From the NCBI GenBank assembly GCA_964187785.1, contig OZ076411.1, forward strand, positions 31,124,001 through 31,188,000: a stretch of 64,000 bases of DNA, in the 5' to 3' direction. Below are positions 53,072 to 63,211 of this stretch, piece after piece (the first letter of the stretch is position 1; every line of letters begins with the position of its first letter). Under the pieces are notes generated by a model. The model saw nothing but the letters and a program-made list of their open reading frames with translations. It made no database searches and was not told where the DNA came from. Position numbers and translations under genes: made by a program. Origin of the DNA: Amphiscolops sp. MND2022 (taxonomy: Eukaryota).

Positions 53072-53156
53072 GTAAGCCTTAGTAAGGTCAAGTTTTTGCG
53101 TAGATCAGAAAACATGGACCGATGACCTCAAACAGAAATTGGCTTTTTTTTCTCAG
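53072..53156 (+). other. Predicted 5'-UTR intron of the antisense transcript (85 nt)
   Basis: GCG|GTAAGC donor and TTTTTTTTCTCAG acceptor, 25 nt upstream of ATG 53182. Confidence 0.5.
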
Positions 53157-53181
53157 TTGTAATCGAGCATTTCAGCAAAAA

Positions 53182-53514
53182 ATGAAGATTTTGTTAATTT
53201 GTTGTGCCCTGTGGATCATAAATGGCAATGTGAAAGCATGCGAAGTGCGGCTGTGGAGGGGCCAAGAAATTTTCTGTTATCCGAATGGGACAGCTTTTGG
53301 AACTGGAGCCAGCCGAATTTGGGTGAGCCAGAAGCCCCTGCTCTGCTCAGTAAAGAAAGAGCATGGACAAAAGCAAGGCCGAAATGGTTGGATGATAGCA
53401 GGCATCATTATTTCTGTCGCCGGCTTTATGTTTTGTATGTGTCAGTGTTGCTATGCATACTTGGGCAAGAGGTTGCTGTGCAGTAACCAAGAAAATGACC
53501 AACCACAAAACTAA
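53182..53514 (+). CDS. Antisense small type-I membrane protein (110 aa)
   Basis: AAAAATG start, signal peptide MKILLICCALWIINGNVKA, Cys-containing ectodomain of about 50 aa with an NGT sequon, TM WMIAGIIISVAGFMF, juxtamembrane CMCQCC. AATAAA at 53721. Confidence 0.7.
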   Translation: MKILLICCALWIINGNVKACEVRLWRGQEIFCYPNGTAFGTGASRIWVSQKPLLCSVKKEHGQKQGRNGWMIAGIIISVAGFMFCMCQCCYAYLGKRLLCSNQENDQPQN

Positions 53515-53748
53515 GTTACGACAATTGTGAAACTGTTGGTGCCTTAGCAAAGGCACATTCGTCGCTTTTGTTTTTGTGTTAGGTACTGCTGTGTACTAAA
53601 AGTTTACTGTACTGTAGTTGTGGACTGAAAAGCGCAGATACTTTTAGATAATTTAACTCTTCTTGGCGTTGTGGTTAAACACAGTACTGTTGACATAGAA
53701 AACTAGTGAGAACAAAAGAGAATAAACGTCGTTGTATTCCAGAGAACT

Positions 53749-54901
53749 ATGGAACCTTGCATATATACTGCTCTCTGTAATGATAGATCAACCAATGTGA
53801 CTAAAAATCTAGGACTGAGTAAAAGAGAAAAAGAAAAATGGGACAAAAGGCTCAAGCAGTTTGGAAGCGCTGATGGACAACTGTTCTGGCAGGGCAAAAA
53901 GGTACCCACGGTGCAGCAATTAGATGAGGTCTTGCGGCCGATACATCAGTCTGCAGGTGGGAAGCACTGCAAAAGCGTAAACATTCTGTGTAAAGCTGTT
54001 AGTGGTACAAACTTCGCGCTACCGCCGTTCCTGGGCGGTATAGAACGGGCATGTACATTGTAAGTAGAAATACAACACCATATACATTCAGAAAATAGTC
54101 CGCTTTTTTTGGGAAAGTATCGGAAGTGCTTTTTTTGTGAAGGTTTCTGCGTGATTGTCCCGAATGCTTTTGGACCTTTCAAGCGGGCAGTCATTGGGAA
54201 CAAGCGACGGCTGTATCAGAGGCAGCGAGAAAGGCGTTATGTGACTCCCTCCAATTGGAACACGTAAAAATTCCCGACAAGTATTTCTCAATTGGGTTAT
54301 TAGGCTTGGGTATGCCAGGCATTATGGGCTGCTCGAGTAAATTGGCCGAGGGCGGCGGCAAATGTTGGTTTTCAACAATTTTCTACTTGCTAGTGGGAAA
54401 GAAGAGCGGTAAGTGGCGAACAAAATCAAAATTATATAGATTTGGAGGAAAGTGCAGTGGAAAATGCGTTTCAGACAAAAAAAGGAACGCCTCCGATTTA
54501 AATCGGATCCGAGACGCTATTGCCAATCGAATGAAGCAAGAGGATTTTGAATCGTTATGCCTCGGAGTTCTCAAATACACAACAAACCCATGGGAAATTG
54601 AAAGCGTAAGGACCTCGAAACAGGCCGTTTCAGAGCCATGGGTGAGTAGAAGAAAAAAGGAAATACCGTCAGTATTGGGATACATGTTTTGTTGTGTTGA
54701 CAGATGTTAGGAACTGCCATGCTACTAGGCTGTGATATTCTGGTCTTCTGGCAGTATGAAAGGAGAGGTGGTTGGATTAGGTACCCCGCAGCCAACAGAG
54801 GGGCGGCAACACGGGAAGCCTTTCTGATTCACTGTGTCCATTCCGAGAAATACCACATGTTCCACTGTGAACCGATAATTGACTGGCCTATTGAGGAGTA
54901 A
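53749..54901 (+). CDS. Antisense three-exon gene (53749-54059, 54143-54641, 54704-54901; 335 aa): HHCC zinc-finger-like domain plus OTU-like cysteine protease
   Basis: Introns 54060-54142 (GTAAGT...TTTTTTTGTGAAG) and 54642-54703 (GTGAGT...TGTTGACAG) give a stop-free 1008-nt CDS. Splicing completes H-x6-H...CPEC. OTU-like motifs GGGKCWFSTIFYLLVG, IRDAIANRM, W-MLGTAMLLGCDILVF and FHCEP. AATAAA at 55058. Confidence 0.8.
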
Positions 54902-55504
54902 GTAGGAAAGTCAAAAATGAGATTTTTTTGGAAAATAGGGGTCAATGTAACTGAAAGACATGCTTATAGGAAGGAAAAGGCTTATAAGAGGCCGTACGAG
55001 TCGCAGAGTAAGGCGGCCAAGAATGCCCGACCGAGATGGGTGTAAAATCTGCAAAGAAATAAATGAACAATCATCAATATCACCTCAAATTTCATGCAAT
55101 AAGCTGGAATCAGTCTCAGAGAATTTGAATCAGTGGAAAGGGACGTTCATAATAGGAGGCGCAAAAGCGCAAAACTAGGCAGAAGCGTCAAAGCCATCGC
55201 AAAAAGAAGCTTTCGGCGGAGATGCATGAAAAATGAGCCAATCGCACAAGGGCGCCGTAGGGCCACAAAAAATAATTTTTTGTCTTGTATTTGCAAATGG
55301 GGGGCCCCAAACGGGCGAGCGCAAAATTTTAGGAGGCGACACTACAAAACTAGGGGCAATTTGACCTTTTGACCTTGAATTTTTGACAGTAAAAGGTTGA
55401 ATCAGGAAGAGTGAAAAGTACGTGGAAGAAAGAAGCCGAACTCATAAAAAATTAGAGTAGGAAAGAGTTTTCTGAGGGCGAACTAGGCTGCACAAGAGCG
55501 CTCC

Positions 55505-55950
55505 TCATCGAGAGGTTTGAATAATGTTGATAGTAATAATTATATCAGAAAAAACTTGATATAAAAGTGCTAAAACTGTAGGCCAATGTAATCGATCATA
55601 GCCAGAGCCAAGTCTTGGAATGCTAATTTCGTTGATATTGTTGTTGAGAATGTGCTGTTTTAGTGCAAGCAAGCTCAATTGAAGCGTGTCGTACGTAGGC
55701 TTGTGGAAAAAACGTCTTTTTGTAACTAAGTTATAGACAAATCGATTGCGCGATGCGTCATAGTAAGCGACCAGTGTTCCAGGAGGAACGCATTTGGATG
55801 AGTAAAATCTCATCTGTTGAAGGGCTGGATAACAGCATGCAATGATAGATGCAAGCCCTTTCCGCATAGCAAAATCGGAGGAGACGCAATGTGCTATAGA
55901 GTTGGGAGAATCTAAAATGTTGCCGGAAGAAAACCGAAAAATAGGTGTAA
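55505..55950 (-). CDS. TARG1/OARD1-like macrodomain at the C-terminus of pol
   Basis: GNIL...SIAHCVSSDFAMRKGLA, RFVYNLVTKRRFFHKPTYDTLQLSL and ISIPRLGSGYDRLHW align with the OARD1 motifs [42 protein letters not shown] and LSMPRIGCGLDRLQW (recalled). Confidence 0.9.
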
Positions 55951-58900
55951 CTGTTGAATCAATAAGCGAGTTTACGTTATTAGGATTAGACTGCGAGGAA
56001 AGTCGCTTTTTTAAATGGCGAAAGCCGTAACGAGAACGGATTTCACGTTGGTCTGCTAAAATTTGCTGCGGACTACGAGATGGTTGTTCCTTAGGTTGCG
56101 CGGAAATACCCGAACTCTGGGTTGGAGTCGAAACAAGTTGCCTACTTCTTTCACACGATTCAAGAATGTTTTGTCGTTTAGTAATTTGATTTGGCTGAGG
56201 GCGGCTGGACGAAGAACTGCCAGCGTCTGGTTGTGGCGAAGATCGGAGAAACCCAAAATTCAGTTGGTTCGAACGCTCTTGTGAACGTATAGCTCGCTCT
56301 GTCTGTCGAAGAATAAATTCATTTGGAGCAGGACGCGGTGGAACTTCATGTTGATTCGATTGTGGGGGACCCGCGTCCTCGTGAGAGGAATCATCCGAGG
56401 TGTCAGGAGTCATGCGAGGGCTAGTAAGAGGTACCGGTCCCTCAGGTATGACGGGATCCGGAGGTACCACATGTCCACCAACCGGAGGAAGTGGCGCAAC
56501 CGGTATGACCGGAGCGGGTGCCATCGGTAGGGGAAACGTCAAGCCGACCGTTACAGGAGGGATATCCTGCTCCTCAGATAGTCCTGGCATCTCCTGCGGG
56601 GGAGGATCAAGTAAGCTCGGAATTGCTTCGTCAAAGAGTTGCGGTTCGCCTCGAAATCGCCCTAAATGCGGGTCTCGACGGAAGTCATCAGGGTTAATAT
56701 CACTCAAATCATCAACTGATATTGAGGCGAAACTGTGCGCAAACGTATTCGATGAACACATTGGGTAAAATTCGTGCCAACTTTACGGATGATATAATTT
56801 GAATTCGTTAGAACTGACTCAACACGATATAACGGTAGCCAAATTGGTAAAAATTTACTCGAAAAGTCTGATTGCGTCATCAATTTAGGATTTAAAAGTA
56901 AGCAATAAGAGAATTTAGGCAACGGTTGAGCGTCAGCCTTGTAATCGTAGTACGCGCGATATTTATTGTACATGATAGTAAGTCGTTGTTTCGTGTCGTC
57001 GAACTTTTTCAGCATAGCATCTTGCAATGTTTGAACATATTCATTGGTAGGTTCAAGGCGTTCTAAGGTCGTGTTGCCAAAGCGGACGTCCAATGGTTTG
57101 ATTGGCTGACGTCCATGAAAGATGACAGTCGGGCTACAGCCTATAGCGAAATGATACGAAGTATTGTGGATGAATGTAGCCAAAGATACATACTTGTGCC
57201 AATCATTCCATTGCTCGTTCGTGTTCAATTTCAAAATACGCTTTAAGGCACTATGTGACCGTTCCACTACACCAACTGTCTGCGGGTGTTTTAGACTAGC
57301 ATGTTCAAGACAAATTTCGAGCATTTTTGTAAGTTCGTGCATCAGTTCCGAAACAAAGGCTGTTCCAAGATCAGAGAGAATTTTTGACGGCATATAGCTA
57401 TGTTGGAAAAATATGGTCGTGAGTGCACGAGCGACATTATCAGCGCGACCATTTGTCAGCGGTATCGCAAAGAGATATTTACTGAAAACATCTACTGCTG
57501 TGAGAACGTACGTGTACATTGGTGATTTCAAAGGACCCACCAAATCAATTTGTAGCATATCACCGGGATAGGATTGCAAAGACGAAACCGGTTGTAACGG
57601 CATTTTGATTTGTTTCGTAGGTGCACGTTTCAATTGTAAGCATTGTAAACAATTTCGAACCGTAGATACCAAAAATTCTGTGAAATTAGGAAAATAAAAC
57701 CGTTTTCTAAATTCCTCTATCGTTTTGACAATTCCCAAATGACCTGCGGTGCGGGAATGATGCAGGCGGTAGACAACTTCCCGCCATAAAGATTTTGGTA
57801 CGCAATACTGTTTATGTTTGATTTTTCAACAATCATCGAAAAATAGCCTGTACAAAACATTGTCTTCCACAACAAGACGGTCAAATTGTTTTCGGTATTT
57901 TCGAAGAGCAATTGGTAGATTAGGCGAGGCGTCGACGTGGCCTCGGGATTTCCATAAGAGCACTTCTTGGATAGTTTCGTCAAGAGATTGTTCGTTTGCT
58001 AGATCTAAAGGTTGTGTTCGATTCGGTAAGTCATCAAGAACATCATGAAATTCATTAGTGGCGATTAGGTTGATTTGCCTAATCGGCAAGAAGGACATCA
58101 GTCCAGTAACCACTAGTTCATTAGGATCATTTGCTAAAGTGGCGTTTGCTAAGTATTGTTCATATAGGCCATGTGCTTGGAGTTGAGAAATGAAATTTGC
58201 GTCTACTGTTAGCTGAGAAGTACTTGAAAAAGGAATCATTTCGTCAATATTTGAAAGCGAAACGTTAGGAGTTTTTGCTTCAGTTTCTACTTCGATTTCT
58301 CGAATAGGTACCCGATCAGTCAGTTTGATTGATAAGCAAAGACTAGGGTCAGTTTGCATGCGGGACAAAAAGTCCGCAGCTGAATTAGCTTTGCCAGGAA
58401 TGTGCGCAATTAGAATATTAAAGGACAGAACACGGTCGAGACAGTTCCATAATGACGGATGTATACTTTTTGATTGAAAAAACTGAGTTAAACTACGATT
58501 ATCCGTTAGGACTAAGGCAAGAAATTCCTTATAATAGACTGAAAATTTCAATTGCGTATCATTGAAGAGTCGAGAACCAAAGGAGACGGGCGCGTATGAT
58601 TTCTTTTGTTGTCCTGTTTGGTCTATTAAGTAGTCCTCAATCATCAGAACGAAACCTGTACCGTGATAACTTGCGTCACAAAGCAAAACATATTGTAAAC
58701 CTGGTTTTGGAAGGCGGAGTGTTAAGTTAGTCGCATTTATCAAATCCATTTTCAAAGCTTCGAGCGCGTCCGTGTGAGCATTACTAATGATAAATTCAGT
58801 GTCTTTGCGGAGAAGTTTATAGAAAGGTAAAAGTTTTTGATTCAAGTCAGGGATAAAATTTCTGAAAAATTGAACAAAACCAATGAGACGTTTAACTTGA

Positions 58901-60885
58901 CGTACAGTATCAGGCATTCGAATTTTGTCCAAAAATTTCTTGATTTTGTCGGACTCTGGAGTGATCCCTGCAGGCGTGATTGTATTGCCTAGGTAGTCGA
59001 TTTTTGTAGTTCCAAACTCACATTTGTGAGCAGAAAGTTTAAGACCTGATGCTCTAAGACAGTCAAAGATTTTTGTCAAAGTAGGAATAAGTTCATCAAA
59101 ACATGTTACTCCTGCGGCAATGTCGTCCATAAATTGGGTACAAACATTGGCCGCTAAGCATTTATCCAAATAGTGTTTGATGAAAGAACTAAACCCCGTG
59201 ACGGATTTATTAAGACCTTGTGCTAGGCAATTATAGGCAAATGTTCGCGAACCAAAATTAAATGCTAGCAATTGAACCGAAAGGTCATCAGCCATTTGAA
59301 CGCAATGATAGGCCTGCGAACAATCTAGCTTACAAAAGAGTTGTTTGCCCGCGAAATGGTTGGTAGCATCAGTCATATTGGAAATTGGAAAATTGCTGTT
59401 CAAATAATCATGCCTCAAAAGATGATTAACGCGACGAAGATCTATGAGTAGGCGTAATTGTCCTGATGGTTTGCGGTGAGCAAATATTGGACTACTGTAC
59501 TTTGAATGCGAGAGTGTTGTTATTATATTGTAATATTGAAGTAATGCTAGCTCAATCAAAATTTCATCACGCAGATGAATTGGCGCCGGCGGACCTTGTA
59601 CATAAACAGGAAGTGGATTTGATGGCGTTAACTTGACCTTAAGTTCAGTATTATAACCAACATCGAAACGATGTTTAGCAAATACATCATGGTATTCGAT
59701 CAGAAATTCTTCTAATTTTTGTTTTTGGTCAGCGGTCAACACACAAGAATCCCATGTGAACTTTTTCAAAAATGCGTCCCTGTCATCAGGATTAACTTTC
59801 GGATTCATCTTTTCTAAGCGTTGGAACTGCAAAATTTGGTCATAGATATCTCGTTGCAATGATGTTAAGTCTGACAAATCGGAGCACGTTTCTGGCGTGG
59901 GAAACCATAGTTTTTCATAATTCGGCGGAGGTCTGCCAGTGAGAGTGTCATGCTTTTTAAAATGAACATCATGAATAAGTTGATTTAATTCATTTTCAAA
60001 ATTGTCAGGATTGCGTAGTTTTGCAAGCGAAATAAGTTGAGGATCAATTTCCGCAAGATGTTCCGCTTGAGATTCTGTCAAAATTTCAAAATATCCCACA
60101 ATTGTTTTATTACTAAGAGTAATTTGGTGGTCGCACAGATTGAGCGCTGACACGTAAAGTTTGTTATTGTCCAATTTACTCAGAGAAGATGTTAAAGCAA
60201 GATGGGGTTTGTCCTCAATATTCTCATTGGGAACTACAATACCCGTACAATTCTTCAGGTAAGCATATTGGTCATCCAATTGACATTCAAGGAGTTTTTG
60301 CGATTGCGGGCTAAGATGAACTTTATTCGTTAACAAAATCGGTATTCGCTTGATTTTTGTTGTCAGTGTGCGTTTTTTGCCTCGTTTAGCGGAAATTTCG
60401 TTCAATTGAACTGTGAGATCAGGCAATTTCAACAAATTGTTTGTGGGGTCAATAGTTATATGAAATTTCTTGAAAAAAGTATTTCCCAAGATGACACTAT
60501 TCATCGTAGGAAGAATCAGAAAGCTATCAGTAAAAAAATGCGGACCAATAGAAAACGAAATTTTTGCCTGTTTATCGATCACAATTTTCTGGCCAGATGC
60601 CATCCGGACCGATGTAAAGCTAGGCGTTTCCAGTATGATCCCGTTAGGATTCTGTTTTTCTAACTCGTCAAACAGGTTTTGTGGCAAAGCGTTTGCGCAT
60701 GATCCTGTATCTATAAGAGCTCTACGTTTAGTTAATGACGAAAATTTAAGTCTGACGTAACTAAGATTTTCACCTTCCAAAGGTAAAATGGCGCACAATG
60801 CATCTAGTTTTTCATGAGATTGTAAGTCGTTATTACATGTGTCGGGCTTGTTTATGGGCTCTGGTTGCTTGTGCGGCGTATTTAG
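55505..60885 (-). pseudogene. pol: pol: protease, RT, RNase H, integrase, Pro-rich linker, macrodomain; three lesions
   Basis: LIDTGSCANAL; LDCSQAYH; FMDD; LCDASY; HHSRTAGH...CLQC; QIDLVGP; SDLG; VVERSH. In-frame TGA at 57828-57826, a 1-nt deletion near 56715, and an apparent in-frame RNase H deletion near 58513. Confidence 0.93.
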
Positions 60886-62167
60886 TTTTTTTGATACTGA
60901 TTAAAGGGCATCTGGGCACCTCGTCGCGGTGCGGGACCCACCACTGTACAATTAGGTGCCAGATGGTTCGGATAGCCGCACTTATGACACGTAACACTAC
61001 TTTGCTGAGTGTACGGCATATAGTTAGGATCCGGCGTAAACACTTCAAATGTGGGCTGTTGTGTATCCACATTAGGTGTAGGGAACGAAGGTTGTCCCTG
61101 ATTAGCGACAGTATTTTGCCAGGATTGATTATTGAAATTTTGGTAATTTGGTTATATGATTGGTAACGTGGTCGCTGACCCCATGGTTGACGTTGAAAAT
61201 TTGAGCGATTGCCGCGGTAACCTCTGCCATTGTTTCCGCGGTAGCGTCCACGATAACCGCCGCGGTAACCACGATTTTGAGAATTTTGACCGCGTGAGTT
61301 ACCAAAAGAGCCGCGTTGAGATTGTGAATTTTGATTATGGGAAACATTCTCTGTTTGTAGTTTCTGAACATTTTCAAGTTGATTAGAGAGTGCATTATTA
61401 CGCTCTTCAAACTTTTTCGACATTTCGTTCAGACGGTTGTCAAGAGCTTCTTGACTTGTACTAAGTTTAGTGAGCGCGGTTACCAAGGTATCTGTTACTG
61501 TCGGTCCGATTTTACTAAAGGCGTCCATCGGAGAATCGTCAATTTTGCATAAATTATGAATCGTTAATTGTTTCCTCGCAAAAATACAAAGATCCTCCAC
61601 AGATGTGGTTTCCGGTTGTTCAAGTAGTTTCGCCCTTAGCCAACCTGGCATATTTTTTATAAATTGTCGTCGTATCTGTATAGAACGTGCTTCTTGAGCA
61701 GATCGAAGCTGCTCTGCATTACGGGCAGTTTCTTGGTCAAAACGTGTTTGTTCAACCGCTGCATCCGGTGCAGCTCCGTCTATTGGTGCGACCGGAACTA
61801 AAGTTGGATCAGGATACGCCTTCAAAGCTTTAGTTTGCAAAGTGACCAAAAAATTCTCAGGAGTATCCGTTTTCGAATCGAACTTTAAATTTTCTAAGTT
61901 AAGTACATGTAGCTCTTGTAAGTGCGGATTACAGAACCTATCGCGTAAAGCAGTCAAAGATAGATCGAGGTCAGCCCGTGTGGCATCCGGTAGAGTTTGA
62001 AAAAATCGAAGCGCAGCATCTCGAAGATGTAATTGTAAAAAATTTGCTTGTTGGGCGTTTGCAATACCAGCCACTGCCAAATAGCTTCTCAAAAGATGTT
62101 CAAATTCACGGAAACTTTCTTTCTCTCGCCCGGAGTAAGGTTTCAGTTGTATTTGTGCTTGAGCCAT
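60882..62167 (-). pseudogene. gag: gag (capsid, Arg/Gly/Asn-rich region, CCHC knuckle), with one 1-nt deletion near 61150
   Basis: MAQAQIQLKPYSG...LQLHLRDAALRFF. The knuckle CHKCGYPNHLAPNC lies in the -1 frame (60882-61070); adding one A in AACCAAATTACC restores NQNYQNFNNQSW. Confidence 0.9.
60885..60891 (-). promoter_or_regulatory. -1 ribosomal frameshift slippery heptamer A AAA AAC at the gag/pol junction
   Basis: CAA AAA AAC TAA ends the knuckle-containing gag frame. The -1 frame is open from here (LNTPHKQPEP...) into the protease without stops. Confidence 0.8.
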
Positions 62168-62879
62168 ATCTATTCAGTGACGGAGCGAGCACGAGTACGG
62201 AAACTTTGAAGACGAATTTGAAAGAAAACAGTGTGTGTTCGAAAGAGCCGAATAAGTTACTGAAAATATAGGCAAAAAGCGATTGTTTAATAGGTCAAAG
62301 AAAACGAAAGTTAAGACAGAAAGACGCAGAGAAAAATTTCCGAAAACTCGTTGATTGAAAGAATGAAACAACCCATAGAAAAGGGTCTAAAATAAGCTGA
62401 GAGAATAAAGAGCCTAGAAGAATTAAGAAGCGTTAGGGTTGAGCAATGAAAATGAACATGAATGAATTCGACAGTTATGAAACATCGTATCAATTTACTG
62501 CATCAAATTGGCTTGCACTTACCATTTTCACGTCTGTTATCCAAACGAATAGTTGTATTCAGAAAATCCAGTCTTGTCTCGTTACATCTAAGTCATCAAG
62601 TCTGCTTGAAAGTCATACCCATCCAAGTTGTTGATGTGATGAAATCTCCAGTAGTTGTGCGAAATCCACTTTTTGGAAGAAAAATTTATAGTGTAAGATG
62701 AAGTTTTTTTGAAGTTCTGTTAGTCTTCAGAGATACTGCCGTCGAGTATACTGTTTCAGGGATGCAGTCCTGTGGAGTTGCAGTGGTCGTCTGGGCGTGG
62801 CCTGTGCTATGTTTCCTCACGAAAAAGATAAGTAGTTCGAGGAAAGATTGCAATTGGATCGTTTTCCTTCCTGTCACCA

Positions 62880-63211
62880 AGTCCTGTATTGTCTTTTAGA
62901 GACTTAGTGATGACTTCTCAGCTGTTTAGCAGTCTTGACAGAGCGGATCATCGGATGCTGTGAGCAACAATCCTGGTGAGTTTCCTTAGTCTTCAAAACC
63001 AAGCTGATTTATACTTCAATTATAGTTCTTATGATTTTGTTATTCAGTAATTCCAATCATTATGTATGAAGGTTATTTAAATGTCAAATTCCGATTTGAA
63101 GAATAAACATTGAATGTCATTTAAAAGTTAAGTATTTGAAAGGTTGAAAGAATCAGTCCAAGTATGTGAAAGTTCGTCCTCTCTCAACTGGAGTTGTTTC
63201 AGTATGGTACA
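62880..63211 (-). repeat. 5' LTR (332 bp), with a TATAAAT candidate at 63013-63007
   Basis: Identical to the 3' LTR and directly followed by the PBS. Confidence 0.95.

Larger units (their letters stand above)
49737..63211 (-). mobile_element. Young 13.5-kb env-bearing Ty3/Gypsy element (errantivirus-like) with macrodomain, OTU-like and small membrane-protein cargo
   Basis: Identical 332-bp LTRs (49737-50068, 62880-63211). TSD ATATG at 49732-49736 and 63212-63216. PBS TGGTGACAGGAAGG from 62879. PPT GAAGGGAGGTAG at 50080-50069. Confidence 0.97.

Noticed and set aside
54060-54091. 32-nt alternative intron ending at CATTCAG
   Set aside because: It creates an immediate stop; the acceptor at 54142 restores the frame and the CPEC motif.
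60833-61150. C-terminal part of the 444-aa gag ORF as real protein
   Set aside because: The zinc knuckle and slippery site are in the -1 frame, so this tail is best explained by a 1-nt deletion.
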